Part shown: piece by piece, positions 17,688 through 27,569 of the stretch | Position numbering within the stretch: position 1 is the first letter of the stretch | Layout of the letters: the number at the start of each line of letters is the position of its first letter | Assembly: GCA_964634545.1 (NCBI GenBank) | Contig: CAZWIW010000004.1 | Coordinates: forward strand, 1 to 61,033 | DNA: 61,033 nucleotides | Source: an uncultured Rubrivirga sp. | Lineage (GTDB): Bacteria; Actinomycetota; Actinomycetes; S36-B12 | Direction of reading: 5' to 3' | Position numbers and translations under genes: made by a program | The notes under the pieces: model-generated | Told to the model about the DNA's origin: nothing | Databases searched by the model: none | What the model saw: the letters and a program-made list of their open reading frames with translations, nothing else

Positions 17688-19066
17688 TTCGCGTCGGCTG
17701 CCTTCGTTACCGCATCGGCGACAGCCGGTGCAACGGCCTCATCGAACACGCTGGGCACGATGTAGATCGGGGAGAGGGCGTCGTCGGAGACCACTTCGGC
17801 AATCGCATTGGCGGCGGCAATGAGCGCAGCGTTGGTGATCTTGTGGGCTCCTGCGTCGAGTAATCCTCGGAACAGGCCGGGGAAAGCGAGGACGTTGTTG
17901 ATCTGATTCGGGTAGTCGCTTCGGCCCGTTGCGACAACGGCTGCGTATTTCGCGGCGATCACGGGGTCGATTTCCGGATCGGGGTTGGCCAGGGCGAAGA
18001 CGATGGCGTTGTCGGCCATGCGTTCGACATCCGCACCGGCGATGAGGTTCGGCTGGCTCAGCCCGATGAAGACATCGGCACCCTCCATCGCTTCGGGGAT
18101 CGTCCCGGTGTGCCGCCGTGGGTTGGTGATCTCTGCAAGAGCGGCGCGGTCCTCGTCCAGGCCGGGCCGGTCCGGGTAGATCGGTCCCTTGGAGTCGAAC
18201 AAGATGATGTCCTGCACACCGGAGTCCATCAACAATCGAGCGACTGCGGCGCCCGCGGCTCCGGCGCCGATCATCACCACCTTGAGTTCGGACATCTGCT
18301 TGTCGACCAGGCGCAAAGCGTTGATCAAGGCCGCGAGGACGACAACGGCCGTTCCGTGTTGGTCGTCGTGGAAGACAGGGATGTCGAGCCGTTCGCGGAG
18401 TCGTCGTTCGATCTCGAAGCAACGCGGCGCGGAGATGTCCTCGAGGTTGATGCCACCGAAGCCCGGTGCGATCAACTCGACGGTGCGAACGATCTCGTCG
18501 GTGTCCTTCGTGTCCAAACAGATGGGCCAGGCATCGACGTTCGCGAAGCGCTTGAACAGGGCCGCTTTGCCTTCCATGACAGGCATAGCAGCTTGGGGTC
18601 CGATGTCCCCAAGCCCGAGCACAGCGGTGCCGTCGGTCACGACAGCAACCGAATTGCGTTTGATGGTCAAGTTGCGGGCATCCGCTGGGTTGTCGCGAAT
18701 CGCCAGGCACACGCGGGCAACACCCGGTGTGTATGCGCGGGCGAGATCGGTGCGGTTGCGCAGCGGGGTTTTGAGTTCGACCGCGATCTTGCCGCCGAGG
18801 TGGATGAGGAAAGTGGAGTCGCTGACCTTCTCGACGTGACATCCGTCGAGTCGATCCAACGCGGCCCGGACGAGTTCCACGTGGCTGGCATCACGGGTCG
18901 TGCACGACAAGTCAATAACGACAGATTCGTGACCGGGGTCGACCACATCTAGGCCGGTGATGACGGCGCCGGACATTGCGACGGCGCTGACGATCGCACC
19001 TGAGGCGTGCAACTCGGGGGTGGCGACGAGACGGAAGACATTGGAATATCCGGGACTTGCGACCAT
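17684..19066 (-). CDS. NAD(P)-dependent malic enzyme (short type) with a ~75-aa ACT-like N-terminal extension
   Basis: The malic-enzyme core is GGKIAVELKTPLRNRTDLARAYTPGVARV and the Rossmann motif is MIGAGAAGAAVARLL. The stop overlaps the pcrA stop within CTAG. Confidence 0.9.
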   Translation of the reverse strand: MVASPGYSNVFRLVATPELHASGAIVSAVAMSGAVITGLDVVDPGHESVVIDLSCTTRDASHVELVRAALDRLDGCHVEKVSDSTFLIHLGGKIAVELKTPLRNRTDLARAYTPGVARVCLAIRDNPADARNLTIKRNSVAVVTDGTAVLGLGDIGPQAAMPVMEGKAALFKRFANVDAWPICLDTKDTDEIVRTVELIAPGFGGINLEDISAPRCFEIERRLRERLDIPVFHDDQHGTAVVVLAALINALRLVDKQMSELKVVMIGAGAAGAAVARLLMDSGVQDIILFDSKGPIYPDRPGLDEDRAALAEITNPRRHTGTIPEAMEGADVFIGLSQPNLIAGADVERMADNAIVFALANPDPEIDPVIAAKYAAVVATGRSDYPNQINNVLAFPGLFRGLLDAGAHKITNAALIAAANAIAEVVSDDALSPIYIVPSVFDEAVAPAVADAVTKAADAN

Positions 19067-19128
19067 GGCCGCACCCTAGACCCGCACGACGCTCGGCGAT
19101 ACGCCGAAACCGTGACCTGTGAGGGGAC

Positions 19129-19734
19129 TCACTCAGACTCAGCCAGCGGTTCCTGCCCGCCGCGCATCCGGGCGAACTCGATGACTTGATGGCCGATGGT
19201 GGCCAACTGTTCGCCGACGATCGGATCGTTGGGGACCGCGTTCTGATCGAATCGGGTCACTTGACTGTTGATTGTTCCGCCCAGTGGAGTGGGCCAGCCG
19301 CGCAGAGCGTGCACGGTCTGGCGAATCTGCGCGAGGGTGCCCACGGTGGCTTGCCAGCCGTGCGCGACCGATATGCAGCCGACCGCTCGTCCGTGCAAGT
19401 AGGGCGGGTCGTCATTGGCTAGATCCTCCACGTAGTCCAACGCATTCTTGACCATGCCGCTGATGCCACCGTGGTAGCCGGGGCTGGCAATCAGGATGCC
19501 GTCGGCTTGGCGAACGGCGTCGACGAGGCTTTGGGCACCCGGATCCCGTTCACCTGTTTGGACGTCGTAGATGGGTAGCAGCAGGTCCCGACCCACGATG
19601 TAGGTGACCTCGGCGCCTTCGGCCTCGGCGGCCGCGGCAGCGCACCGGAGTGCCATCTCGGTGGTCGAACCCGGGCGCGTGCTTCCGCCGATGGCCAGGA
19701 TCCGCACTGGCTCCGTTGGCGTGGGAGTGGGCAT
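19129..19734 (-). CDS. NADPH-dependent FMN reductase family protein
   Basis: 201 aa with a flavodoxin-like N-terminus ILAIGGSTRPGSTT and ASPGYHGGISG. Confidence 0.85.
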   Translation of the reverse strand: MPTPTPTEPVRILAIGGSTRPGSTTEMALRCAAAAAEAEGAEVTYIVGRDLLLPIYDVQTGERDPGAQSLVDAVRQADGILIASPGYHGGISGMVKNALDYVEDLANDDPPYLHGRAVGCISVAHGWQATVGTLAQIRQTVHALRGWPTPLGGTINSQVTRFDQNAVPNDPIVGEQLATIGHQVIEFARMRGGQEPLAESE

Positions 19735-19902
19735 CGGTGGTCTCCGGCGGGTGATCGTGAGTTGGGTGTCGGCGAGGCGCTACGCAGCGAACTTGCACCC
19801 CGAACTGTACGCGGCAGGGGGGAGTAGGGTGCTGCCCGCGAGAGCGCGAAGCGCGAGGCGCAAAACGCAGAGCGATCGAACGTCGGCGAAGGAGGGCGTG
19901 CC

Positions 19903-20310
19903 ATGGCTGGCCCGATTCGGGTAGTGGTCGCCAAGCCCGGGCTCGACGGGCACGATCGTGGCGCGAAGATCATTGCCCGCGCTCTGCGCGATGCCGGCGT
20001 TGAGGTCATTTACACCGGTCTGCACCAAACCCCGCAGCAGGTGGTTGACGCAGCGCTGTCCGAGGACGCTGACTTCATCGGAATGAGCATCTTGTCGGGT
20101 GCACACATGACGCTTTTTGCCGAAGTGATGGACTTGCTGAAGGCCAGTGACGCTACGGACATCGTGGTGTTCGGTGGCGGGATCATTCCCGAGGGGGACA
20201 TCCCCGCCCTGCAGGAGATGGGCGTGGCACGCATCTTCACTCCCGGCACCCCCACCCAGGAAGTGGTCGACTGGGTGAACGAGAACGCCCCCGACCGCGC
20301 GCTCAAATAA
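19903..20310 (+). CDS. Stand-alone cobalamin (B12)-binding domain protein, of the methylmalonyl-/isobutyryl-CoA mutase small-subunit type
   Basis: 135 aa with the DxHxxG base-off/His-on motif in [11 protein letters not shown], then SILSGAH and GGGIIP. A strong SD gaaggaggg lies upstream of the ATG. Confidence 0.85.
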   Translation: MAGPIRVVVAKPGLDGHDRGAKIIARALRDAGVEVIYTGLHQTPQQVVDAALSEDADFIGMSILSGAHMTLFAEVMDLLKASDATDIVVFGGGIIPEGDIPALQEMGVARIFTPGTPTQEVVDWVNENAPDRALK

Positions 20311-20358
20311 GCCAACTCCGGCCCGCTTTCGCCGGGCTACCAAACCTGAAGGAGAACT

Positions 20359-21546
20359 GTGGACCTGTACGAGTACCAGGCCAGGGACTTGTTCACCAAG
20401 CACCAGGTGCCGACCACCTCCGGTGATGTGTGCACTACCGCCGACGAAGCCGAGGCTGTAGCCACGCGAATCGGTGGCCCGGTCGTGGTGAAGGCCCAGG
20501 TGAAGACCGGCGGTCGAGGTAAGGCCGGCGGTGTGAAGCTCGCCGAGGATCCCGCCGACGCCCGCGCCAAGGCCGACGCCATCTTGGGCATGGACATCAA
20601 GGGACACACCGTCCATCGGGTGCTGGTGGCCGAAGCCTCGGATATCGCCGAGGAGTACTACGTGTCCTTCCTGCTGGATCGCACGAACCGCTCGTTCTTG
20701 GCAATGGCGAGCGTGGAAGGCGGTGTGGACATCGAGGAGGTCGCTGCAACCAAGCCCGAGGCGCTTGTCCGCATGCGGGTCGACGCACTCGAAGGAGTCT
20801 CTCCCGCCCTGGCGCGGGAAATCGCCGATGCTGCTGACTTCCCTGAGCCGATCCGCGGCCAAGTTGCCGACATCCTGGTCGATCTGTGGCGCACGCTCAC
20901 CGAAGAGGACGCGACGTTGGTCGAGGTCAACCCGCTCGTGCAGACACCGGATGGCACGGTGCTTGCCCTCGACGGCAAGGTCACGCTCGATGGCAACGCG
21001 GCCTTTCGGCATCCCGACCACGAAGCCCTGATCGACACCGAGGGCACCGACCCGATCGAATTGCGTGCAGGCGAACTGGACTTGAACTACGTCAAGCTCG
21101 ATGGCGCCGTCGGCATCATCGGCAACGGCGCCGGCTTGGTGATGAGCACCCTCGATGTCGTTTCCTATGCCGGGGAGGAGTTCGGTGGCGTCGAGCCGGC
21201 GAACTTCCTGGATATCGGTGGAGGTGCATCGGCCGAGGTGATGGCCAACGGATTGGACATCGTCCTTGGCGATCCGGGTGTGGAAGCCGTCTTCGTCAAC
21301 GTTTTCGGTGGCATTACTGCTTGCGATGCGGTCGCCAACGGAATCGTGCAAGCGATCGCGATGCTCGCGGAGCGGGGGGAGCCGGTTACGAAGCCGATCG
21401 TGTGCCGCATCGACGGCAATAACGCCGAAGAGGGCCGACGCATCTTGCAAGAAGCCGAGCACGATCTCATCGAACTCGTGGAAACCATGGACGACGCCGC
21501 CCGTCGGGTCGCCGAACTCGCAGCCGCTCGCTCGGCAGGAAAGTAG
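20359..21546 (+). CDS. sucC: Succinate-CoA ligase (ADP-forming) beta subunit
   Basis: ATP-grasp N-terminus [12 protein letters not shown]...[22 protein letters not shown] start after gaaggaga. Confidence 0.95.
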   Translation: MDLYEYQARDLFTKHQVPTTSGDVCTTADEAEAVATRIGGPVVVKAQVKTGGRGKAGGVKLAEDPADARAKADAILGMDIKGHTVHRVLVAEASDIAEEYYVSFLLDRTNRSFLAMASVEGGVDIEEVAATKPEALVRMRVDALEGVSPALAREIADAADFPEPIRGQVADILVDLWRTLTEEDATLVEVNPLVQTPDGTVLALDGKVTLDGNAAFRHPDHEALIDTEGTDPIELRAGELDLNYVKLDGAVGIIGNGAGLVMSTLDVVSYAGEEFGGVEPANFLDIGGGASAEVMANGLDIVLGDPGVEAVFVNVFGGITACDAVANGIVQAIAMLAERGEPVTKPIVCRIDGNNAEEGRRILQEAEHDLIELVETMDDAARRVAELAAARSAGK

Positions 21547-21557
21547 GTAGGAAGCAC

Positions 21558-22427
21558 ATGGCCATCTGGCTGGATTCGAACAGCAAGATCCTCGTCCAGG
21601 GCATGACCGGATCCGAGGGCACCAAGCACACCCGCCGCATGGTCGCCAGCGGTGCTCAGGTGGTGGCCGGTGTGACACCCGGCAAGGCCGGCCAAGACGT
21701 GGATGGCATTCCCATCTTCAACGACGTTGCCACGGCCATGGAGCAGACCGGAGCAAACGTCTCCGTGGTGTTCGTGCCGCCGAAGTTCGCGAAGGGGGCG
21801 GTGGAGGAAGCTGTGGACGCTTCGATCCCGCTGTGCGTGGTAATCACCGAGGGCATTCCTGTGCACGACACCGCGCAGTTCTTCCAGTATGCGAGCAACG
21901 CTGGCACAACTCGGATGATCGGTCCGAACTGCCCGGGCATCATCAGCCCAGGTCAGTCCAACGCCGGCATCATCCCGGCCGACATCACCCGGCCGGGTCG
22001 CATCGGCTTGGTGTCTAAGTCGGGCACGCTGACTTATCAGATGATGTACGAGCTTCGCGATATCGGTTTCTCCACCTGCGTTGGTATCGGCGGCGATCCG
22101 ATCATCGGCACCACGCACATCGACTGCCTCGCGGCTTTCCAGGACGATCCGGACACCGACGCCATCGTGATGATCGGTGAAATCGGTGGTGACGCCGAGG
22201 AGCGAGCAGCTGCTTTCATCGCGGAGAACGTCACCAAGCCCGTTGTGGGTTACGTGGCTGGGTTCACCGCTCCAGAGGGAAAGACCATGGGCCACGCAGG
22301 CGCGATCGTCTCCGGTTCGGCCGGCACCGCCGCTGCCAAGCAGGAAGCCCTGGAGGCAGTGGGCGTCAAGGTTGGGCGCACACCGAGCGCGACCGCCCGG
22401 TTGATGCGCGAGGTCATGGGCGGTTGA
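21558..22427 (+). CDS. sucD: Succinate-CoA ligase alpha subunit
   Basis: CoA-binding N-terminus VQGMTGSEG and the phospho-His loop [10 protein letters not shown]. Confidence 0.95.
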   Translation: MAIWLDSNSKILVQGMTGSEGTKHTRRMVASGAQVVAGVTPGKAGQDVDGIPIFNDVATAMEQTGANVSVVFVPPKFAKGAVEEAVDASIPLCVVITEGIPVHDTAQFFQYASNAGTTRMIGPNCPGIISPGQSNAGIIPADITRPGRIGLVSKSGTLTYQMMYELRDIGFSTCVGIGGDPIIGTTHIDCLAAFQDDPDTDAIVMIGEIGGDAEERAAAFIAENVTKPVVGYVAGFTAPEGKTMGHAGAIVSGSAGTAAAKQEALEAVGVKVGRTPSATARLMREVMGG

Positions 22428-22456
22428 TCCGCGCCATCGTGCTGGGGTGCCGATAG

Positions 22457-23215
22457 GTGCCGGAGACCTGGACGCCGCTGCTCATCGCGGCCGTCGCCTT
22501 TGCCATAGCCGTCTACGGCTTCTCCAAGACGGCTGGACCGGTCTTCGGCGTGGTGGCTGGTCCGATCCTGGCCGTCGCGCTGGGTCCAACCGTCGCAGCC
22601 GGATTCGCGGTTCCGCTGTTGCTGCTTGGCGACTTGATGGGATTGCTGTACTTCCGCCAGCACGCCGATTGGCCGGTGATGCGACGAATCGTCCCCGGCG
22701 TGCTGCTTGGTTTCATCCTGACTGCTGTGCTGTTCGCCTTCGCATCGCAATCCACGATCGCGCGGGTGATCGGTGCGTTGTTGCTCTTCTCGGTGGTGTT
22801 GGAAGTCCAACGACGACGAAACCCGCAATTGGGACAGCAACCGGAAAGTGGTGGTGAGCGGCGCGTGGAGGCGGGGTTCTACGGCGCACTGACCGGTGTC
22901 ACTACCTTGGCGGTGAATGCCGGTGGCCCGGCTATGACGCTCTACCTGGTCAAGATGCGCGTCCCGATGTTGGCCTTCATGGGAACGAGTGTGTGGTTCT
23001 TCTTCATCTTGAACCTGATCAAGTTGCCCTTCGTCATCCCGCTCGGGCTGATCACTCGGGAGTCGCTCATCGCGAACCTATGGTTCGCGCCGGCGATGAT
23101 TGCCGGATCCTTGATCGGGATCGCTACCTTCCGGCGGATGAACCAGGTCTGGTTCGAACGCATCGCCCTGGTGCTCAGCGCCGCGGCGAGTCTGTGGTTG
23201 GTCATCCGCGGTTAG
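22457..23215 (+). CDS. TauE/SafE-family anion (sulfite) exporter-like membrane protein
   Basis: 252 aa and polytopic, with the two-halves architecture typical of TauE/SafE. GTG start. Confidence 0.75.
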   Translation: MPETWTPLLIAAVAFAIAVYGFSKTAGPVFGVVAGPILAVALGPTVAAGFAVPLLLLGDLMGLLYFRQHADWPVMRRIVPGVLLGFILTAVLFAFASQSTIARVIGALLLFSVVLEVQRRRNPQLGQQPESGGERRVEAGFYGALTGVTTLAVNAGGPAMTLYLVKMRVPMLAFMGTSVWFFFILNLIKLPFVIPLGLITRESLIANLWFAPAMIAGSLIGIATFRRMNQVWFERIALVLSAAASLWLVIRG

Positions 23216-23261
23216 CGTGTCCTTGCCTTGCTGGCTGGTACCTGGCTGGCAGTGTTAGAAG

Positions 23262-24599
23262 GTGAGTGCGCCCACGGTCGACCGGCAGGGCGCTGCGCCA
23301 CCTGCTCAAGCGTTGCCGTGGCCCCTTCGTGTCCTTGCTGCCATCGGCCGACTACTGCTGCGCATCCGACGATTCTGGCGCCAGCAATGGCGTCGCCTGG
23401 TCCAGATGACCGAGCGCGTGGGTCGATCCCCGGCTGTGGCGGCGCCTATCGCCGCGCTATCTGTGGCTGTGGTGGGCCTGGCGATCCTCGCTCTTCCCGT
23501 CGCCGGAGCCTGGTGGGGTGGAGTGGAGCCACCTGGACCCTGGCAAGACGCTGCGGCCGTGACCGGGAGCGTGTGGGTGATGGCCTACGGGGTACCGATC
23601 CGGTTACTCGGTGTCGATTATTCGCTGCTGCCCTGGGGTCTGGTGTTGGTTCCGGCCCTGTTGGGACACCAGGCCGGTCGCTGGCTGGTGCGCGTTATTC
23701 GGCCGCGGCGGATCGTGACGGTGCTCGCTGCCTGGGTTATCACCGTGGGACTGGGAACCTTCCTTGTTGCAACGGTCTCCGTGGTGGCAGACGTTCCGGC
23801 CGTGCAGACCAGCGCACGGTGGGCGGTTATCGCCGCGACGCTGGTGGGTGCGATTGCCGTTGGTTCGGGGTTATGGCGCTCCAGCGATGTGGTGCGCTCG
23901 CTTTTCGCCCGTATCCCGCATGTGATCATCGTGACCGTTCGTGCCAGCAGCATCGCTGTGGCCGCGCTGCTGGGTTTCGCGAGTTTGCTACTTCTGGCTG
24001 CCGTGGCGTCGTCGTTCGGGGAGATCGCGAACTTGTTCGCTTCCTTGTCGCCGACCTTCTCCGATGGTGTGGTCCTGACGGTGTTGAGTGTGGCGTTCGT
24101 GCCGACCATGGTCATCTGGTCGATGTCCTACCTGCTCGGTGCCGGTGTCGCTTTCGGGCCCGATGTGCTGTTCTCCCCGTTCGTACCTGCTGTCGCGCCG
24201 ACGGTCATGCCCGCTTTCCCACCGCTTGCGGCGCTGCCGGAAACCAGCGCACCGTTCGTCTGGGCTTTTCCTGCACTGACGGTGCTTGCCGGTGGACTCG
24301 CGGGTCTTTCGGTATCCCGATTTGCCGCTCGCGAGGGGCCATTGGTGCGTCTGTGCATCGGCCTGCTGGCGGCGGTGGTTGCAGCGGGACTTGTCTTCTT
24401 GTTGCTGCTTGCCGGCAGCGGCTCGCTGGGCGATGGTCGTCTCATGGAGGTGGGTCCGGATCCTGCCCTCGGTGCGCTGCTGGCTGGTGTTGCCCTAGCG
24501 GTAGGTGCGCTGCCGACCAGCGTGCTGCGCGCCCAGCGTCGGCCACGCCGCCTGCAACCGGTGGAAGTCGAGAGCCAGGCAGCACACGTCGATGAGTGA
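23262..24599 (+). CDS. Large polytopic membrane protein, PerM-like (DUF6350-type), in the conserved position between sucD and purN
   Basis: 445 aa with at least 10 hydrophobic helices. It is chosen over the overlapping Arg/Cys-rich 455-aa frame (23228..24595). The sucCD - membrane protein - purNH synteny matches mycobacterial perM, but the identity is inferred from position and topology only. Confidence 0.65.
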   Translation: MSAPTVDRQGAAPPAQALPWPLRVLAAIGRLLLRIRRFWRQQWRRLVQMTERVGRSPAVAAPIAALSVAVVGLAILALPVAGAWWGGVEPPGPWQDAAAVTGSVWVMAYGVPIRLLGVDYSLLPWGLVLVPALLGHQAGRWLVRVIRPRRIVTVLAAWVITVGLGTFLVATVSVVADVPAVQTSARWAVIAATLVGAIAVGSGLWRSSDVVRSLFARIPHVIIVTVRASSIAVAALLGFASLLLLAAVASSFGEIANLFASLSPTFSDGVVLTVLSVAFVPTMVIWSMSYLLGAGVAFGPDVLFSPFVPAVAPTVMPAFPPLAALPETSAPFVWAFPALTVLAGGLAGLSVSRFAAREGPLVRLCIGLLAAVVAAGLVFLLLLAGSGSLGDGRLMEVGPDPALGALLAGVALAVGALPTSVLRAQRRPRRLQPVEVESQAAHVDE

Positions 24600-25290
24600 A
24601 CTGGACCCCCGCGAGCAAGTGCGCGGCGCTGCGTTGTGGTCGCTTCGCACATTCCGAGCGAATCTGCTCGCGTTCATTGCGCTCGCTGCGATCGTCACCG
24701 CGGTGCAGTTCCTGCAGCAATTGAGTTTGCGTCCGCTCAACGATGTGGTGAACCAGTGCGCCGATCCGCAGACCCCCGGGCAGCAGGCGGCGTGCGCGAG
24801 TGCCTTGGCCAATCAGGCGCTTGCCTCCGGTGCGCTCACCTTGCTGTTCGCCATCGTGACGATCATCGTGACCGTTGGGGTGATTCGAGGTGCGCTACGA
24901 GCAACCCGCGGGCAACTCGTGGGATTCGATGCCCTTCTCGACGGAACGAATCTCGGCCGGTACCTGCTCTTCCAACTGGTCTACGCGTTCTTGGCTGGCT
25001 TCGGCATCTTGCTGTGCATCCTGCCCGGCTTGCTGGTGATCTTCTTCTTCCAACTCGGCCCGTACTACGTCTTGGATCGGGGCATGGGTGTTCGAGAAGC
25101 GCTAACCGCGAGTGCCCAAGCCATCAGACGCAACCTGGCTGCCGCCTTCTTGATGACGGTGCTCAACGCCCTGGTTCTTGTACTCGGTGGACTGTTCTTC
25201 GGTGTGTTGACGTTGCTGACCTTGCCGATCGCCACGCTATTTACCGCCTACCTGTACCGGATCTTCAACGACGAACCCGTCGCGGGATGA
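24592..25290 (+). CDS. Membrane protein (DUF975-like), function unknown
   Basis: The ATG at 24592 overlaps the upstream stop (ATGAGTGA). The sequence upstream of it in the track ORF is Cys/Arg-rich and non-protein-like. There are 5-6 TM helices. Confidence 0.6.
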   Translation: MSELDPREQVRGAALWSLRTFRANLLAFIALAAIVTAVQFLQQLSLRPLNDVVNQCADPQTPGQQAACASALANQALASGALTLLFAIVTIIVTVGVIRGALRATRGQLVGFDALLDGTNLGRYLLFQLVYAFLAGFGILLCILPGLLVIFFFQLGPYYVLDRGMGVREALTASAQAIRRNLAAAFLMTVLNALVLVLGGLFFGVLTLLTLPIATLFTAYLYRIFNDEPVAG

Positions 25291-25319
25291 CTCGAGTGCG
25301 CGCGCACTAGGCTCGCCCC

Positions 25320-25919
25320 GTGCCAGCGGCTCGACTCGTCGTCCTCGCATCGGGTGAGGGCACGCTGCTCCAGGCCCTCCTCGACTCCTCGCTAGCCACC
25401 AGCATCGTTGCCGTAGGCAGCGACATTCCAGGATGCAAGGCGCTGCAGCGAGCAGAGACGGCCAATGTGCCGTCCTTCTCGGTGCCCATTCACGCCGACC
25501 GCACCGACCGCGCCGAGTGGGATGCCGAACTTGCCGGTCACCTCCAGGCGTTCGAGGCCGATTGGGTGGTGTGCGCTGGCTTCATGCGCATCTTGGGTGA
25601 ACGTGTGCTTGATCGCTTCCCTGGTCGCATCGTGAACTCGCACCCGTCTTTGCTCCCGTCGTTTCCCGGGGCGCATGCAGTGCGTAGTTCGTTGGAGTAC
25701 GGGGTTCGAGTGAGTGGGTGCACCATTCACTTGGTCGACACCGGAGTGGATACCGGTCCGATTCTCGCCCAGCAACCGGTTTTCGTAGAGCCCGACGACG
25801 ACGAATCATCACTTCACGAGCGCATCAAGCAGATCGAGCGGGTGCTGCTCGTTGATGTGCTCGAACGGCTAATTGATGGGGGAGTGACCGTGACAGGAAG
25901 GTCGGTGGAGTTTCGATGA
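25320..25919 (+). CDS. purN: Phosphoribosylglycinamide formyltransferase
   Basis: [15 protein letters not shown] and the formyltransferase core [16 protein letters not shown]...[16 protein letters not shown]. Confidence 0.9.
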   Translation: MPAARLVVLASGEGTLLQALLDSSLATSIVAVGSDIPGCKALQRAETANVPSFSVPIHADRTDRAEWDAELAGHLQAFEADWVVCAGFMRILGERVLDRFPGRIVNSHPSLLPSFPGAHAVRSSLEYGVRVSGCTIHLVDTGVDTGPILAQQPVFVEPDDDESSLHERIKQIERVLLVDVLERLIDGGVTVTGRSVEFR

Positions 25920-27493
25920 GTGATGCACGAGGGCGGCTACCGGTGCGCCGAGCCCTGGTCTCGGTGTATGACAAGACCGAGCTACCCGAGTTGGCCCGCG
26001 GATTGCATGCCGCGGGTGTGGAGATCGTGTCCACGGGTAGCACCGCAGGGGTGATCGCCGATACCGGAGTTCCGGTGACACCTGTAGGTGAGGTGACCGG
26101 CTTCCCCGAGTGCCTCGATGGTCGCGTCAAGACGCTGCACCCCGGTATCCATGGTGGACTCCTGGCGGATCTGCGCAAGGACGACCACCGACGCCAACTC
26201 GAGGATTTGGGAATTGCCGCGTTCGAATTGGTGGTCGTGAACCTCTACCCGTTCACCCAAACGGTTGCATCCGGTGCCAGTACCGACGAGTGCATCGAGC
26301 AGATCGATATCGGTGGCCCGGCGATGGTGCGTGCATCGGCCAAGAACTTCGCGAATGTGGCCGTCGTCGTTTCGCCTGACCGGTACGAATCCGTGATCGA
26401 GGCCATTGCGCAGGGGGGTTTCACCGACGCGCAGCGGGCGTCCCTCGCTGCCGAAGCGTTCTCGCATACGGCGTCCTACGACATTGCTGTGGCGACCTGG
26501 ATGGCGGCGGAGGTCGCTGAGGGTGAGGGGGAGGAAGACGGTGAGTTCCCGCACTGGTTGGGAGCCTCCTGGTCCCGGCGTGATGTCCTGCGCTACGGCG
26601 AGAACCCACATCAAAGCGCGGCTGTGTACGTCGCACATACCCGCGAACCCGGCATCGCGTCTGCCGAGCAGTTGCATGGCAAGCAGATGAGCTACAACAA
26701 CTACGTTGATGCCGACGCAGCGCGACGAGCCGCCTTCGATTTCATCGATCCGGCGGTGGCGATCATCAAGCACGCGAATCCGTGCGGCGTCGCCATCGGT
26801 ATTGACACCGAGGAGGCCTATCGCAAGGCCTTTGCCACCGATCCGGTGTCGGCTTTCGGAGGAGTTGTTGCCGTCAACCGCCCGGTGTCCCGCGAGTTGG
26901 CCGAAGCCATGGACGAGGTCTTCACCGAGGTAATCGTTGCGCCCGAATACGACGACGACGCCCTCGAGCTCTTGCAGCGCAAGAAGAATCTGCGCATTTT
27001 GCGGGTGGCAGGACCGCACCCCGGGCGCCGGCATGAGGGGCGCACGGTCTCCGGTGGGATGTTGGTGCAGTCCATCGACGATGTCGCGGCACCTGGTGAC
27101 GACTCCAGCGAATGGCAGCTCGTGACCGGTGATGCGGCGGGCCAAGCCACACTTCGCGACCTGCAGTTCGCCTGGACTGCATGCCGGTCGGTGAAGTCCA
27201 ATGCGATCTTGTTGGCTCGAGGGGGAGCCGCGGTGGGCATCGGAATGGGGCAGGTGAACCGCGTTGATTCGGCCCGGCTGGCCGTCGAGCGCGCCGGGGA
27301 TCGCGTGTCCGGTTCGGTTGCAGCCTCGGATGCGTTCTTCCCGTTCCCCGATGGCCTGCAGGTGCTCATCGATTCCGAAATCCGGGCAGTTGTCCAACCC
27401 GGGGGCTCGGTGCGTGACGACGAGGTGATCGCCGCCGCCCAGGCGGCCGGGGTGACGATGTATCTCACAGGAACCCGGCACTTCTTCCACTAA
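25916..27493 (+). CDS. purH: Bifunctional AICAR transformylase / IMP cyclohydrolase
   Basis: MGS-like N-terminal domain ([12 protein letters not shown]...STGSTA) plus the AICARFT domain, ending [10 protein letters not shown]. There is a 4-nt overlap with purN. Confidence 0.95.
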   Translation: MSDARGRLPVRRALVSVYDKTELPELARGLHAAGVEIVSTGSTAGVIADTGVPVTPVGEVTGFPECLDGRVKTLHPGIHGGLLADLRKDDHRRQLEDLGIAAFELVVVNLYPFTQTVASGASTDECIEQIDIGGPAMVRASAKNFANVAVVVSPDRYESVIEAIAQGGFTDAQRASLAAEAFSHTASYDIAVATWMAAEVAEGEGEEDGEFPHWLGASWSRRDVLRYGENPHQSAAVYVAHTREPGIASAEQLHGKQMSYNNYVDADAARRAAFDFIDPAVAIIKHANPCGVAIGIDTEEAYRKAFATDPVSAFGGVVAVNRPVSRELAEAMDEVFTEVIVAPEYDDDALELLQRKKNLRILRVAGPHPGRRHEGRTVSGGMLVQSIDDVAAPGDDSSEWQLVTGDAAGQATLRDLQFAWTACRSVKSNAILLARGGAAVGIGMGQVNRVDSARLAVERAGDRVSGSVAASDAFFPFPDGLQVLIDSEIRAVVQPGGSVRDDEVIAAAQAAGVTMYLTGTRHFFH

Positions 27494-27569
27494 AGAGCCC
27501 GGATGGCCAGCCCACCGCGCCCGCCATATGGAGCGGTCATTTGGGCCCTCGGCGTAGCATGACCGGTCT

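Noticed and set aside
19735-19902. Cobalamin riboswitch upstream of the B12-binding domain gene
   Set aside because: The 168-nt region has a small stem (gcggcag...ctgcccgc) and purine-rich gcgcga repeats. It has no B12-box-like sequence and is too short for the full aptamer.
19780-21678. 632-aa ORF on the minus strand spanning the B12-binding gene and sucC
   Set aside because: This is a shadow ORF typical of high-GC DNA. It is antisense to unmistakable sucC, its composition is Arg/Gly/His/Asp-rich and low-complexity, and it has no recognisable motif, no SD and no plausible start context.
23228-24595. 455-aa ORF in an alternative plus-strand frame over the PerM-like gene, and likewise 24636..25310 over the next membrane gene
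   Set aside because: The alternative frames are Arg/Cys/Gly-rich with no hydrophobic helices. The chosen frames give coherent polytopic membrane proteins and tidy start/stop junctions.
27494-27569. Possible third, degenerate copy of the 12-kb dispersed repeat in the purH/dac intergenic region. It shares cggtcattt and an inverted atgaccg, plus gccagccc.
   Set aside because: Only 7-9-nt word matches are shared and the unit order does not correspond. This could be chance or just a local hairpin (cggtcat-N19-atgaccg) acting as the purH terminator. It needs a computed alignment before any claim.
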